From an uncultured Methylophilaceae bacterium (lineage in GTDB: Bacteria > Pseudomonadota > Gammaproteobacteria > Burkholderiales > Methylophilaceae): 64,000 bases of DNA. Under the pieces are notes generated by a model, which was not told where the DNA came from, searched no databases, and worked only from the letters and a program-made list of their open reading frames with translations. The stretch lies in contig CAXBPZ010000001.1 of the NCBI GenBank assembly GCA_963977845.1, forward strand, positions 45,028-109,027, read 5' to 3'. Below are positions 21,160 to 32,210 of the stretch, piece after piece. The position numbers and the translations under genes are program-made. Position 1 is the first letter of the stretch, and every line of letters begins with the position of its first letter.

Positions 21160-22062
21160 ATGGCTTACGCTCAATTATCAGAAACATCTATCAAAAGCCT
21201 GCCTTTGCTTCATAAAGGTAAAGTGAGAGATATATATGAGGTTGATGATAAATATCTTTTGATTGTGACGACAGATCGATTATCTGCATTTGATGTTGTG
21301 ATGAATGAGCCTATTCCTTATAAGGGGTTTGTGCTGACACAAATGGCTGATTTTTGGTTTCAAAAACTTTCTTATGTGGTTGCAAATCATTTATCAGGCA
21401 TTGCTCCTGAGAGTGTTGTATCTGAAAACGAAGTAGCACAAGTGAAGAATCGTGCTATTGTCGCACGTAAATTAAAAGCACTTCCTATTGAAGCTATTGT
21501 TCGAGGTTATTTATCAGGTAGTGGTTGGAAAGATTATCAAAAAACACAAACAGTATGTGGCATTAAACTTCCGCAAGGTTTAAAAGAATCTGCAAAATTA
21601 AATGAACCTATATTTACACCTTCCAGTAAGGAAGCGGTTGGGCATCATGATGAAAACATTTCATACGAAGAATGTGAAGTTCGTATTGGAAAGGAGATGG
21701 CAACACGGGTTAAAGAAATTAGTATTAAACTGTATCAAGAAGCCTCGGCGTTTGCATTGACAAAGGGCATTATTATTGCGGATACCAAATTTGAATTTGG
21801 TGTGGATGATAAAAATAATTTAGTACTGATTGATGAAATATTAACGCCGGATTCTTCTCGTTTTTGGCCTTTAGATCAATATCGCGAAGGTGCATGTCAA
21901 CCAAGTTTTGATAAACAATTTATTAGAGATTGGTTAGAAAGTAGCGGATGGAATAAAACACCCCCACCTCCTTCATTGCCTTTAGAAGTTATTACAAAAA
22001 CAACTCAAAAATATTTAGAAGCCTTTCAAAAACTTACGGGTCAAGATATAAAAAATAATTAA
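21160..22062 (+). CDS. purC: SAICAR synthase
   Basis: GKVRDIY, DRLSAFD, ADTKFEFG, DEILTPDSSRFW, FDKQFIRDWL motifs. Confidence 0.97.
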   Translation: MAYAQLSETSIKSLPLLHKGKVRDIYEVDDKYLLIVTTDRLSAFDVVMNEPIPYKGFVLTQMADFWFQKLSYVVANHLSGIAPESVVSENEVAQVKNRAIVARKLKALPIEAIVRGYLSGSGWKDYQKTQTVCGIKLPQGLKESAKLNEPIFTPSSKEAVGHHDENISYEECEVRIGKEMATRVKEISIKLYQEASAFALTKGIIIADTKFEFGVDDKNNLVLIDEILTPDSSRFWPLDQYREGACQPSFDKQFIRDWLESSGWNKTPPPPSLPLEVITKTTQKYLEAFQKLTGQDIKNN

Positions 22063-22064
22063 AT

Positions 22065-22093
22065 AAAAAAAGCGCCTAATAGGCGCTTTTTTT
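22065..22093. terminator. Bidirectional intrinsic terminator between convergent purC and hppA
   Basis: AAAAAAA-GCGCCT-AAT-AGGCGC-TTTTTTT. Confidence 0.9.
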
Positions 22094-22104
22094 ATATATG
22101 AAAA

Positions 22105-24129
22105 TTAAAGAAGCGGCACAATAAGAAGAGCCACAATGTTAATAATTTTTATGAGTGGGTTAATTGCAGGGCCTGCAGTATCTTTATAAGGATCACCTAC
22201 AGTATCGCCAGTCACAGCTGCTTTATGAGCTTCTGAACCTTTGCCGCCGTGATTTCCATCCTCAATATATTTCTTCGCATTATCCCAAGCACCTCCCCCT
22301 GTGCACATTGAAATTGCTACAAACAATCCTGTTACAATAGTGCCCATAAGAAGACCACCTAGAGCTTTAGGCCCTAAAGATAGTCCTACTAAAATAGGAA
22401 CGGCTACAGGAAGTAATGAGGGAACAATCATTTCTTTAATGGCAGCTGTCGTTAACATATCTACAGCTTTTGCATAGTCAGGCTTACCTTTCCCTGTCAT
22501 GATGCCTTTAATAGTTTTGAATTGTCGTCTTACTTCTTCAACAACTGCACCTGCAGCTCTTCCTACTGCTTCCATTGCCATCGCAGCAAAAAGATAAGGA
22601 ATAAGACCGCCAATAATTAATCCAATAATCACAAATGGATCGCTCAAATCAAATGTGGTTGCAATACCAACAGACTCTAATTTGTGTGTGTAGTCTGCAA
22701 AAAGAACAAGCGCTGCAAGACCAGCTGATCCAATCGCATAACCTTTAGTCACTGCTTTAGTAGTATTACCAACAGCATCTAATGGATCTGTAACATCACG
22801 AACGTTCTTTGGTAATCCAGCCATTTCTGCAATACCGCCAGCGTTATCAGTAATTGGGCCGTATGCATCTAATGCCACAATAATACCAGCCATACTTAAC
22901 ATTGATGTTGCAGCAACGGCAACACCGTAAAGACCTGCGAGATGATGAGATACAAAGATCGCAATACACACAGAGATCACAGGAAGTGCGGTAGATTTCA
23001 TCGAGATGCCAATACCTGCAATAATATTTGTGGCGTGACCTGTTTTTGAAGCGCGTGCTACATGTCTTACAGGCTCGTAATCAGTGCCTGTGTAGTACTC
23101 TGTAATCCATACCAAAGCTGCTGTTAGGACTAAACCTACAATACATGCTTGGAATAAAGCCATTGAAGACACATTGATATTCTGAATTGAAACACCTTCA
23201 GGGAAAACAAAATTTGTAACATAGTAGAAAGCAACAAGTGAAAGCCCACCTGCTACAATGAGGCCTTTATATAAAGCGGGCATAACATTTTTCATTTTAG
23301 GGGTTGCTCTTACAAAGAAACATCCCACAATCGATGTCACAATAGATGCTGCACCTAATAAGAGAGGATAGATAATGCCACTTGCACCATTGTTAGTGAT
23401 CATAAGACCACCAAGAACCATGGTTGCAATTAAAGTTACCGCATAGGTTTCGAATAAATCCGCTGCCATACCTGCACAGTCACCTACGTTATCTCCCACA
23501 TTATCTGCAATTACAGCTGGATTTCTTGGGTCATCTTCCGGAATGCCTGCTTCTACTTTACCCACTAAATCAGCACCTACGTCAGCACCCTTAGTGAAGA
23601 TACCACCGCCTAAACGAGCAAAAATTGAAATAAGTGAGGAACCAAAAGCGAGTCCGATAAGAGGATTTAAATTAGTAGCTTCAGCGCCACCTAAATACAT
23701 ATAAAAACCTGTCACACCAAGAAGACCAAGCCCGACCACTAATAGTCCTGTAATAGCACCACCTTTGAAGGCTACATCAAGTGCTGGCACAATCCCTTTT
23801 GTAGCAGCTTGAGCAGTTCTCACGTTTGCTTTGACAGATACATTCATACCAATAAATCCGCAGGCACCAGAAAGAAGTGCGCCAATGACAAAGCCTAATG
23901 CTGTATCTTTTGAAATAAACATTCCAATCAGAATTGTTAAAACAATACCTACAATTGATATCGCTTTATATTGTCTTGCGAGATAAGCTTTAGCTCCTTC
24001 TTGAATAGCTAGGGCGATTGCCTGCATTTTTGAATTGCCAGCTGGTAGTTTAAATATCCATGCGCTCATAACCGCACCATAAAGAATTGCTAAGAGTGCC
24101 GCGCCAATAATAAGGTTAAGTTCTGACAT
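22105..24129 (-). CDS. hppA: Membrane-bound proton-translocating pyrophosphatase (K+-independent signature)
   Basis: [60 protein letters not shown] motifs. Confidence 0.95.
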   Translation of the reverse strand: MSELNLIIGAALLAILYGAVMSAWIFKLPAGNSKMQAIALAIQEGAKAYLARQYKAISIVGIVLTILIGMFISKDTALGFVIGALLSGACGFIGMNVSVKANVRTAQAATKGIVPALDVAFKGGAITGLLVVGLGLLGVTGFYMYLGGAEATNLNPLIGLAFGSSLISIFARLGGGIFTKGADVGADLVGKVEAGIPEDDPRNPAVIADNVGDNVGDCAGMAADLFETYAVTLIATMVLGGLMITNNGASGIIYPLLLGAASIVTSIVGCFFVRATPKMKNVMPALYKGLIVAGGLSLVAFYYVTNFVFPEGVSIQNINVSSMALFQACIVGLVLTAALVWITEYYTGTDYEPVRHVARASKTGHATNIIAGIGISMKSTALPVISVCIAIFVSHHLAGLYGVAVAATSMLSMAGIIVALDAYGPITDNAGGIAEMAGLPKNVRDVTDPLDAVGNTTKAVTKGYAIGSAGLAALVLFADYTHKLESVGIATTFDLSDPFVIIGLIIGGLIPYLFAAMAMEAVGRAAGAVVEEVRRQFKTIKGIMTGKGKPDYAKAVDMLTTAAIKEMIVPSLLPVAVPILVGLSLGPKALGGLLMGTIVTGLFVAISMCTGGGAWDNAKKYIEDGNHGGKGSEAHKAAVTGDTVGDPYKDTAGPAINPLIKIINIVALLIVPLL

Positions 24130-24231
24130 ACATACTCCTAAATTTTTGAAATCTTAAAATGAAAAACTTAAGCAATAAATTATCACATTCAATAGCTTTG
24201 TTACTACTAAACTTAATATTTTAATTACAAA

Positions 24232-25035
24232 TTAGCCTGTAAAAAGCATTGACAAGCCTATTAAAATTAATAGGCAAGCAAATAATTTTTTTAATGATGA
24301 AATAGAAATTTGATGTATCCATTTTGTTGCGAGCCTTACAAAAATAAGACTCGAAGCAGTCAGAAATATAAGTCCTGGTAAATAGATATAGCCGATACTC
24401 AATGGAGGTAGTTGTTCTAGATACAAGCCATTTTTAATAAATCCAAATGAAGCGCCTAGTCCAATAAACACTCCGAGCGAACTTGAAAGTCCGACAGCGA
24501 GTCTAGGGTTAACTTTATGATAAATAAAATAAGGTACAAACATAGTCCCCCCGCCAATTCCAATAAGGGTGGAAATAGAGCCTATTGTGAATCCATAAAG
24601 ATTAGAAAAAGTAAATGATGGCAATTCAACTGAGCTTTTGATTTTAGGCGACTTAAATATTTCATATGCGGCAAGGAAAGTATAGACAATAAAAGCATGC
24701 TTAATAAATGCAATATTTAAATAAGGGATGATAAAAGCTATAGCCAAAGAACCGAAAAAAACGCCAGGGATGTAATGTGTCGCTATTGACCAATTCATAT
24801 TGTTCTGTTTTGTATGAAAAAAACTCGATACTCCCCCTGTAAAAATAATAGAAGCGAGAGAAGTTCCAATCGCCATAAGCATTGCTTGATCAAAAGCAAC
24901 TTCATGAAGATGAATTAAGACATAAGCCAGGAGAGGAACAATAATAAGGCCGCCACCAACACCAAGAAGTCCAGATAATGTTCCAACAATGCTTCCAGCA
25001 ATAATGAATATGAGGGCTTCAGTCAGTATTTGCAT
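24232..25035 (-). CDS. TSUP (TauE/SafE) family membrane protein
   Basis: GLLGVGGGLIIVP and duplicated GIGGGTMFVP motif, AIGTSLA; about 8 TM segments. Confidence 0.85.
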   Translation of the reverse strand: MQILTEALIFIIAGSIVGTLSGLLGVGGGLIIVPLLAYVLIHLHEVAFDQAMLMAIGTSLASIIFTGGVSSFFHTKQNNMNWSIATHYIPGVFFGSLAIAFIIPYLNIAFIKHAFIVYTFLAAYEIFKSPKIKSSVELPSFTFSNLYGFTIGSISTLIGIGGGTMFVPYFIYHKVNPRLAVGLSSSLGVFIGLGASFGFIKNGLYLEQLPPLSIGYIYLPGLIFLTASSLIFVRLATKWIHQISISSLKKLFACLLILIGLSMLFTG

Positions 25036-25462
25036 GGTGTTTAATCAGTTTAATAAGGCTTTGTCTTAGAGGAGAGTCCTCAAGACTGCTAAGGAGATTT
25101 TTGAAAGCTAATTTAGCCTGATTAGGAAAACTTTTAGATTGAGTAGATGCCTCTTTAGAATTTTGAATCATTAATTTAATTTTTAGCGATTTAATGGGAT
25201 TGGCATAAGGAATTTCTTTTTGAATACCATCATTTAAGTCCTTGAGAAGGGTAGATTCAATAAATTTTAATTTGCTCGCAATACCGCTATTCTTAACATA
25301 AATAGTCAAAATATCGTCTCGAATCCCGCCAACATGAGATAAAGGGGCTAATTTACTTGGGACCTTGCTAGACCATAGCTTTTGATAGCTAGAAATAGAG
25401 CGATTTTTCTCTCTAATTAGGGAAAATACTTCACTTTCCAAGAGCTTGTTGACGGGCTTCAT
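25019..25462 (-). CDS. DUF721 / DciA-like protein
   Basis: LTIYVKNSGIASKLKF KH-like segment; divergent from M23-secA, the usual DUF721 position. Confidence 0.7.
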   Translation of the reverse strand: MKPVNKLLESEVFSLIREKNRSISSYQKLWSSKVPSKLAPLSHVGGIRDDILTIYVKNSGIASKLKFIESTLLKDLNDGIQKEIPYANPIKSLKIKLMIQNSKEASTQSKSFPNQAKLAFKNLLSSLEDSPLRQSLIKLIKHHANTD

Positions 25463-25504
25463 AAGTTATAATTATCTATTATTTAAGCTAAGTTTTAGAC
25501 TTCA

Positions 25505-26395
25505 ATGCGAATTATCTTTGTAACAAATAGCACATCAAAGCCAAAAAGTATCCATTTAGTAACTTTTGTTGCCATAATCTTTTTACTTTTTATTGCGTTT
25601 ATTCAGGGTATTAACTGGATTGATTCGAAATATAACGGCGCCGATGAAGAAAAAAAATCATTAATTAATCTTAAACTTGACCTTAACTTGGGGAGTTTTC
25701 AGAAGAATTTAGATATTTATGCAGCGCAAATTGGTGAACTTCAAGCTCGATTAATTCGTATTGATAATCAATCTCAGAGACTTCAAGATTTTGCTAAAGA
25801 GAAATTAAAAACAAATGAGAAGATCCCTAAACCAGCACCCATAAAATCATCTGGTCAGGGCGGTCCTTTCGTCCCCGAAAAAAATTTGTCAGAGACTGAA
25901 CTTCAATCATTTATTGATAAGCTAACGCTTGATATTGAAAAACATGAAGAGTACTACAACAATTTAGAGGCTATTTATCTTAAACAAAGCGTTTTTAAAG
26001 ATACTCTCCCCAATGCTTCCCCTGTAAATGTGCCTTTCAATTCATCAAGCTATGGTTGGAGGGTAGACCCTTTTTTAGGAGTAAGAGCCTTTCATGAAGG
26101 TTTAGATTTTAGTGCAGATGTTGGCCAACCTATTAAAGCAACTGCAGCAGGCATTGTGATAGCAGCCGAAGTAACTCCTGAATATGGCAATGTGGTTCGT
26201 ATTTCTCATGGTTCTGGACTTGAAACTCGATATGCTCATGCATCTAAATTATTAGTTAAAGAGGGCGATCGCATTAAGAAGAATCAGGTTATAGCGCTGG
26301 TAGGTAATACTGGAAGATCAACAGGACCACATCTTCATTATGAAATCAGAATGAATGGCGAATCTCTAGATCCTCGCAAGTACCTTCAATTTTAA
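25505..26395 (+). CDS. M23 family metallopeptidase with N-terminal TM and coiled coil
   Basis: [29 protein letters not shown] motifs; upstream of secA. Confidence 0.92.
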   Translation: MRIIFVTNSTSKPKSIHLVTFVAIIFLLFIAFIQGINWIDSKYNGADEEKKSLINLKLDLNLGSFQKNLDIYAAQIGELQARLIRIDNQSQRLQDFAKEKLKTNEKIPKPAPIKSSGQGGPFVPEKNLSETELQSFIDKLTLDIEKHEEYYNNLEAIYLKQSVFKDTLPNASPVNVPFNSSSYGWRVDPFLGVRAFHEGLDFSADVGQPIKATAAGIVIAAEVTPEYGNVVRISHGSGLETRYAHASKLLVKEGDRIKKNQVIALVGNTGRSTGPHLHYEIRMNGESLDPRKYLQF

Positions 26396-26433
26396 TTATT
26401 TCAAATTATCTCGATATTAAGAATATTCACATT

Positions 26434-29103
26434 ATGTTAAAGACCATTGTTAAAAATTTATTTGGAAGCAGAAACGATAGACTCCTTAAAGAGTATGGAA
26501 AAAAAGTTCATCAAATAAATTTACTTGAAGAAGCAATTAAAAAATTGAGCGATGCAGCTCTAAAAGCTAAAACCTCAGAATTTAAAAAACGTCTTAACGA
26601 AGGACAAAAGTTAGATGATTTGCTGATTGAATCTTTCGCTGTCGTAAGAGAAGCAAGTCGACGTGTATTAGAAATGCGTCATTTTGATGTACAACTCATT
26701 GGTGGCATGGCACTTCATGATGGAAAAATTTCAGAAATGCGAACAGGGGAAGGTAAGACACTTGTTGCAACATTACCTTCATACCTCAATGCTCTTGAAG
26801 GAAAAGGCGTGCATGTTATTACGGTTAATGACTATCTTGCAAAACGAGATGCTGAGTGGATGGGTCAGATTTACAGATTCTTAGGTTTAGAAGTTGGCAT
26901 TAATTTATCCAATATCTCAAGCGAAGAAAAGAAAAAAGCCTATCAAGCGGATATCACCTATGGCACGAACAATGAATTTGGATTTGATTATTTAAGAGAT
27001 AACATGATCTTCTCCAAAGAAGAGCGTGTTCAGCGTAAATTGCATTATGGTTTAGTTGATGAAGTTGACTCGATATTAATTGACGAGGCAAGGACGCCCC
27101 TTATTATTTCAGGACAAGCTGAGGATAATGTTGATCTTTACACTAAGATCAATCTAGTCGTAGCCAAGCTTTCACGACAAAAAACTGAAGAAGAAAATGG
27201 TGATTACTGGGTGGATGAAAAAGCACATCAAGTAATTCTTTCAGAAAGCGGCCATGAAAATGTAGAGAAGTTATTAATTAAAGAAGGATTGTTATCTGAA
27301 CAATCGAGTTTATATGATGCAATGAATATTTCACTTGTGCATCACATTAATGCTTCTTTAAAAGCAAGAAATCTATTCAATAAAGATCAGCATTATGTTG
27401 TGCGAGATAACAGCATTATTATTGTTGATGAATTTACTGGAAGAATGATGCCAGGTCGCAGATGGTCAGAAGGCATTCATCAGGCTGTTGAAGCTAAAGA
27501 AGGTGTTGAAATTCAAAAAGAAAATCAAACGCTTGCTTCTATAACATTCCAAAATTATTTTAGGATGTATCAAAAACTATCTGGGATGACAGGTACAGCT
27601 GATACAGAAGCTTATGAATTCAGTCAAATTTACGGCTTAGAAACTATTATTATTCCCCCTCACCGAACGACACAAAGAAAAGACATGATGGATAAAGTTT
27701 ATCGCACTTCGCAAGAGCGATATGCTGCGGTCATTGAGGATATCAAATCATGTCAGAAAATTGATCAACCTGTGTTAGTAGGTACGACTTCAATTGAAAA
27801 TTCAGAGCTTATTTCAGCATTACTTACAAAAGCAAAATTAAAGCATCAAGTATTGAATGCGAAGCATCATGAAAAAGAAGCACATATTATTGCGCAAGCA
27901 GGCCGTCCAGGCATGATTACTATTGCAACAAATATGGCAGGTCGCGGAACAGATATTGTCCTTGGGGGAAGTATTGAAGCTGATATTCATGAGATTAAGT
28001 TAAACGAAAAATTAACCGAAAGTAAAAAAGAAAAAGAAATTCAGGCGCTCAAAGAAGCCTGGAAAGAACAAAATAGCCTAGTAGTCAAAGCAGGCGGACT
28101 TCATATTATTGGTACTGAAAGGCACGAATCAAGGCGTGTAGACAATCAGCTCAGAGGACGCGCAGGAAGACAAGGTGATCCAGGATCTAGTCGATTCTAT
28201 TTATCTCTAGAAGACTCATTATTAAGAATATTTGCCTCTGATCGCGTTTCAGTCATTATGGAAAAGCTAAAAATGCCAGAGGGCGAAGCGATTGAGCATT
28301 CTTGGGTAACAAAAGCTATCGAAAATGCGCAACGAAAAGTCGAAGGGCGTAATTTTGATATTAGAAAGCAGTTGCTTGAATACGATGATGTTGCAAATGA
28401 TCAAAGAAAAGTAATTTACGAACAAAGAAATGAATTGCTTGATTCTGAACAAACGGCAGAAACCATTGCAGCAATGAGAGAAGATGTCCTTCGTGATCTC
28501 TCGCAAGCTCATATTCCCCCAGGCAGCATGGAAGATATGTGGGACATTCCATCTTTAGAGAAAATTTTATTTTCCGATTATGGTTTGAGTGTTTCCATTA
28601 AGACGTGGGTTGAAAAAGAACCTCAAATTGCCATAGAAGATATTTATGAGAGAGTGATTAGCATTGCGAATAAACAATATCAAGAAAAAGAATCATTAGT
28701 GGGCAAGGATATTATTAGGCATTTTGAAAAAACGGTGATGCTACAAAGTATTGATCATCATTGGAGAGAGCATTTATCGTCACTCGATCATTTAAGACAG
28801 GGGATACATCTTCGATCTTATGCTCAAAAAAATCCTAAGCAAGAGTATAAAAAAGAGGCTTTTGAGTTATTTGGGTATCTCCTTGATACCGTTAAGACTG
28901 AGGTTACTCGCATTACTATGGTTGTAAAAATTAAGAATGAGGCCGAAGTCAATGAGATTGATGAAAAAAATAAAGATGAGGTTAAAAAATCAACCAGAAA
29001 AAAAGATGATGCAAAAAATACTTTTCCTAAAGTTGGCAGAAACGATCCATGCCCATGCGGAAGTAATAAAAAGTTTAAGCAATGTCATGGTACTTTAGAC
29101 TAA
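26434..29103 (+). CDS. secA: Preprotein translocase ATPase SecA
   Basis: [32 protein letters not shown]-terminal SEC-C motif [19 protein letters not shown]. Confidence 0.98.
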   Translation: MLKTIVKNLFGSRNDRLLKEYGKKVHQINLLEEAIKKLSDAALKAKTSEFKKRLNEGQKLDDLLIESFAVVREASRRVLEMRHFDVQLIGGMALHDGKISEMRTGEGKTLVATLPSYLNALEGKGVHVITVNDYLAKRDAEWMGQIYRFLGLEVGINLSNISSEEKKKAYQADITYGTNNEFGFDYLRDNMIFSKEERVQRKLHYGLVDEVDSILIDEARTPLIISGQAEDNVDLYTKINLVVAKLSRQKTEEENGDYWVDEKAHQVILSESGHENVEKLLIKEGLLSEQSSLYDAMNISLVHHINASLKARNLFNKDQHYVVRDNSIIIVDEFTGRMMPGRRWSEGIHQAVEAKEGVEIQKENQTLASITFQNYFRMYQKLSGMTGTADTEAYEFSQIYGLETIIIPPHRTTQRKDMMDKVYRTSQERYAAVIEDIKSCQKIDQPVLVGTTSIENSELISALLTKAKLKHQVLNAKHHEKEAHIIAQAGRPGMITIATNMAGRGTDIVLGGSIEADIHEIKLNEKLTESKKEKEIQALKEAWKEQNSLVVKAGGLHIIGTERHESRRVDNQLRGRAGRQGDPGSSRFYLSLEDSLLRIFASDRVSVIMEKLKMPEGEAIEHSWVTKAIENAQRKVEGRNFDIRKQLLEYDDVANDQRKVIYEQRNELLDSEQTAETIAAMREDVLRDLSQAHIPPGSMEDMWDIPSLEKILFSDYGLSVSIKTWVEKEPQIAIEDIYERVISIANKQYQEKESLVGKDIIRHFEKTVMLQSIDHHWREHLSSLDHLRQGIHLRSYAQKNPKQEYKKEAFELFGYLLDTVKTEVTRITMVVKIKNEAEVNEIDEKNKDEVKKSTRKKDDAKNTFPKVGRNDPCPCGSNKKFKQCHGTLD

Positions 29104-29118
29104 TGAAGAAAGTTAAGT

Positions 29119-29295
29119 ATGTTAGTTGAATCCCCATGTATTGGCGTATGCCATATTAGTAAAGAGCATCAGTTTTGTGAGGGATGCTTTCGAAGTGAAG
29201 AGGAAATTTCTAAATGGATCACATTGAGTGATGAGCAAAAAAAAGAAATTCTACAATTAGTAACTCAAAGACAAATCAATCTTATTTCGTTTTAA
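29119..29295 (+). CDS. DUF1289-like small Cys-rich protein, 58 aa (not in ORF track)
   Basis: Hand-translated MLVESPCIGVCHISKEHQFCEGCFRSEEEISKWITLSDEQKKEILQLVTQRQINLISF; the SPCIGVC...CxGCxR..EI..W pattern is typical of DUF1289. Confidence 0.85.
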   Translation: MLVESPCIGVCHISKEHQFCEGCFRSEEEISKWITLSDEQKKEILQLVTQRQINLISF

Positions 29296-29926
29296 TTAAT
29301 AATTTTTTCTTATATTCACATAAATCATTAATCACACAGCAGTTACATTTTGGAAGCTTTGCTGTACAAGTATATCTCCCATGAAGAATTAATAAATGAT
29401 GCGCATCTTTTAAAAATTCTTTTGGTGTAACTTGCATCAATTTTTTTTCTACCCGAAGTACATTATCACCAGGTGCTAAATTTATTCGATTAGCAATTCT
29501 AAATATATGAGTATCAACTGCAATCGTTGGCTCATTAAAAATTGTATTTAAAATAACGTTTGCAGTTTTTCGACCAACTCCTGGAAGTGATTCAAGTAAT
29601 AAGCGGTCATGAGGCACTTCTCCATTAAATTTGGTATGAATTATTTTTGCTGTTTCAAGTATATTTTTTGCCTTTGTTTTATAAAGTCCAATCGTTTTGA
29701 TGCATGATTCAATATCGCTCAATTTCAATTGAGAGAGTTTTTTTGCATTAGAGGCTTTATTAAAAAGTAAAAAAGTCGCTTTGTTAACTGATTTGTCAGT
29801 TGCTTGCGCCGATAAAATCACCGCGATCAGAAGTTGAAAGGGTGTTTGATAATTAAGTTCAGTTGTCGGATGAGGTGTATTTCTTGATAGCGCTTCAAAA
29901 ATTTTAAACCGCTTTTGAGGGTTCAT
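29282..29926 (-). CDS. nth: Endonuclease III
   Basis: LLIAVILSAQATD, HhH LPGVGRKTANV, AVDTH, C-X6-C-X2-C-X5-C Fe-S motif. Confidence 0.97.
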   Translation of the reverse strand: MNPQKRFKIFEALSRNTPHPTTELNYQTPFQLLIAVILSAQATDKSVNKATFLLFNKASNAKKLSQLKLSDIESCIKTIGLYKTKAKNILETAKIIHTKFNGEVPHDRLLLESLPGVGRKTANVILNTIFNEPTIAVDTHIFRIANRINLAPGDNVLRVEKKLMQVTPKEFLKDAHHLLILHGRYTCTAKLPKCNCCVINDLCEYKKKLLIKTK

Positions 29927-29935
29927 AAAAAATAA

Positions 29936-30565
29936 TTAGCGAGCTTCGATGCGATTTTTTAATGCGATAAGACAAGCGAGCCCAATAAAAGCTCCAGGTG
30001 GAAGGATTGCTAAAAGAAAGCCATGGTAATCACCAAAAAAATGAATTACTAAATTACTGGCTGAAGGACCTAAAATAAGATCAATACCAGACAATAAAGT
30101 GCCTTTTCCAAAGAACTCTCTGAATCCGCCAAGAAGAGTTAAAACCATTGCTAAACCAAGACCCATAAATAGACCATCAAAAAACGAAGCTGTAGTTTCG
30201 TTTTTTGCAGCAAAAGATTCGACGCGAGCTAAAACAATACAATTAGTGACAATCAATGGAATAAAAATACCTAACGCTTTATATAGTGGTTGTATAAAAG
30301 CATGAATACTGAAGTCAATAATAGTTACAAGCGAAGCAATTATAAGAATAAAAACTGGGACTCTAATTTCTGTCGGAATAAATTTACGAATTGGCGATAC
30401 TGAAGCATTTGAGACGGCCATCACAATGGCTGTGGCAATTCCAAGACTTAATCCATTGATCATAGAGGTTGTGACCGCTAAAGTTGGACATAGACCAAGT
30501 AATTGAACGACACCCGGATTTTGTTTCCAAAATCCATCTAATGCAATTTTTTTTATTTCACTCAT
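29936..30565 (-). CDS. rsxE: Rnf/Rsx complex subunit E
   Basis: LGLCPTLAVT, FIPLIVTNCIVLAR, LAILPPGAF motifs. Confidence 0.94.
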   Translation of the reverse strand: MSEIKKIALDGFWKQNPGVVQLLGLCPTLAVTTSMINGLSLGIATAIVMAVSNASVSPIRKFIPTEIRVPVFILIIASLVTIIDFSIHAFIQPLYKALGIFIPLIVTNCIVLARVESFAAKNETTASFFDGLFMGLGLAMVLTLLGGFREFFGKGTLLSGIDLILGPSASNLVIHFFGDYHGFLLAILPPGAFIGLACLIALKNRIEAR

Positions 30566-31203
30566 GATGTGAATAACCTTTTTTTATTTTCTTTTGCGTA
30601 AAGAAGACATTTATAGGTAGATTTAATGACCGCCCGAGGCGTGATTGTTGCTCCAGAAATATAATCAAAATCTCCCCCATCTTTTTTAACTGCCCATTTT
30701 TTTTCACTGATTTTATCTAAAGATTTAAGATCAAAATTTTTAATCCATTGACTTTTGTCAATTTCAATATAGTCGCCTAGCCCAGGAGTTTCTTTATGCG
30801 TAATGACTCTAACCCCTAATATTTTATCTTCTTGATCAATCCCCACAAGTGTCTTAATTTCACCGCTGTAGCCATCGGGAGCAACAACTTCAATTATGAC
30901 TGCAATCACTTGATTATTTTTCTTTGCTCGATAGATATCAATATTTCTTTTATTACCCAGAAGGGGGGTGGGCTCCACTGAAATGGTATCTTTCACAAGA
31001 TTATTATCGTAGAGGTCTGAAGAGATAACTTGATTTAAAAAAATACGCTTTGCCTTAGCATCACTCTCTTCAATAGGTGATTTTGTAATGAAATAAAAGG
31101 TACTTAAAGCAGCTGAGGCTATTAAGGAGAATATAATCATCGCGATTGCAGTATTAGATATTTTTTTAAAGTGATCTCTAAACATATTTTTATTTATGAC
31201 CAA
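30562..31203 (-). CDS. rsxG: Rnf/Rsx complex subunit G
   Basis: APDGYSG, HKETPGLGD, FMN-binding ISGATITPRAV. Confidence 0.93.
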   Translation of the reverse strand: MVINKNMFRDHFKKISNTAIAMIIFSLIASAALSTFYFITKSPIEESDAKAKRIFLNQVISSDLYDNNLVKDTISVEPTPLLGNKRNIDIYRAKKNNQVIAVIIEVVAPDGYSGEIKTLVGIDQEDKILGVRVITHKETPGLGDYIEIDKSQWIKNFDLKSLDKISEKKWAVKKDGGDFDYISGATITPRAVIKSTYKCLLYAKENKKRLFTS

Positions 31204-32209
31204 AGACTCTTGGTTGCGTGAGACTGTCTATCAATGGTGCGCATATATTAAAAAGTAATACCGCAAATGCAATGCCCTCTGGATAACCACCAAAAATTCG
31301 AATAATGAAAACCAATAAGGCTATTCCTGCGCCAAAATAAATTTTTCCTTTAGGTGTTGTAGGTGCGCTTACTGGATCAGTAATAATAAAAAAAGCACAA
31401 AGTATGCTTCCACCACTCATGACATGGAAAAGTGGTGACGCGAATGTCTCAGGAGATAAAACATTAAACATTAATGCTGTGATAAATAAAGTAGATAAAA
31501 AGGCAACAGGTAAATGCCATGAAATAATTTTTTCTTTAAGTAAATAGAGACCCCCGGCAAGATAACCCAAATTAATTAATTCAAGCCCATGCCCTCCAAT
31601 CAAGCCAAATATTTTATCTTGTTGAATTGAGCTAAGTGGCTGATGCAAAGTTAACTGGGTCTTAATGTAATCTAGAGGTGTGGCAGAACTCATGGCATCA
31701 ATTGTTTCTTTAGTTAATAAATTATTTTTAAAAATAATTTTAATTTGATCAAGCCAATCCATAGGGCTAGCCATAAGAGCTGACGGTGTTTGCCAATGCG
31801 TCATAATAGAAGGGAAGGAGATCAATAAGATAGCGTATCCCACCATCGCTGGATTAAATAAGTTGTAGCCTAATCCACCATAAAGATGTTTACCAAAAAT
31901 AATACAAAGTAAAGTGCCTAAGACAATAATCCACCATGGCGCTATTGATGGAATGGATAGAGCAAGAAGCCATGCAGTGACAAGTCCGCTACCATCTAAA
32001 ATGAATGGCCTTATAGGCAGTTTTCTTATGGCAAGAATTACACTTTCAGTGAGTAGGACGGTGAGGGAAGCCAAAAGAATATTAATGATGACGCCTACAC
32101 CAAATACATATACATACAAAGCTATGCCAGGAATGAGTGCAAGCAAAACTTTGAACATAATGAAACTTACTGAAGGTGCATTAACGATATAAGGTGATCT
32201 ATTTTCCAT
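31190..32209 (-). CDS. rsxD: Rnf/Rsx complex subunit D
   Basis: GKHLYGGLGYNLFNPAMVG, DAMSSATPL, FFIITDPVS, GGYPEG motifs. Confidence 0.94.
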   Translation of the reverse strand: MENRSPYIVNAPSVSFIMFKVLLALIPGIALYVYVFGVGVIINILLASLTVLLTESVILAIRKLPIRPFILDGSGLVTAWLLALSIPSIAPWWIIVLGTLLCIIFGKHLYGGLGYNLFNPAMVGYAILLISFPSIMTHWQTPSALMASPMDWLDQIKIIFKNNLLTKETIDAMSSATPLDYIKTQLTLHQPLSSIQQDKIFGLIGGHGLELINLGYLAGGLYLLKEKIISWHLPVAFLSTLFITALMFNVLSPETFASPLFHVMSGGSILCAFFIITDPVSAPTTPKGKIYFGAGIALLVFIIRIFGGYPEGIAFAVLLFNICAPLIDSLTQPRVFGHK

Positions 32210-32210
32210 A

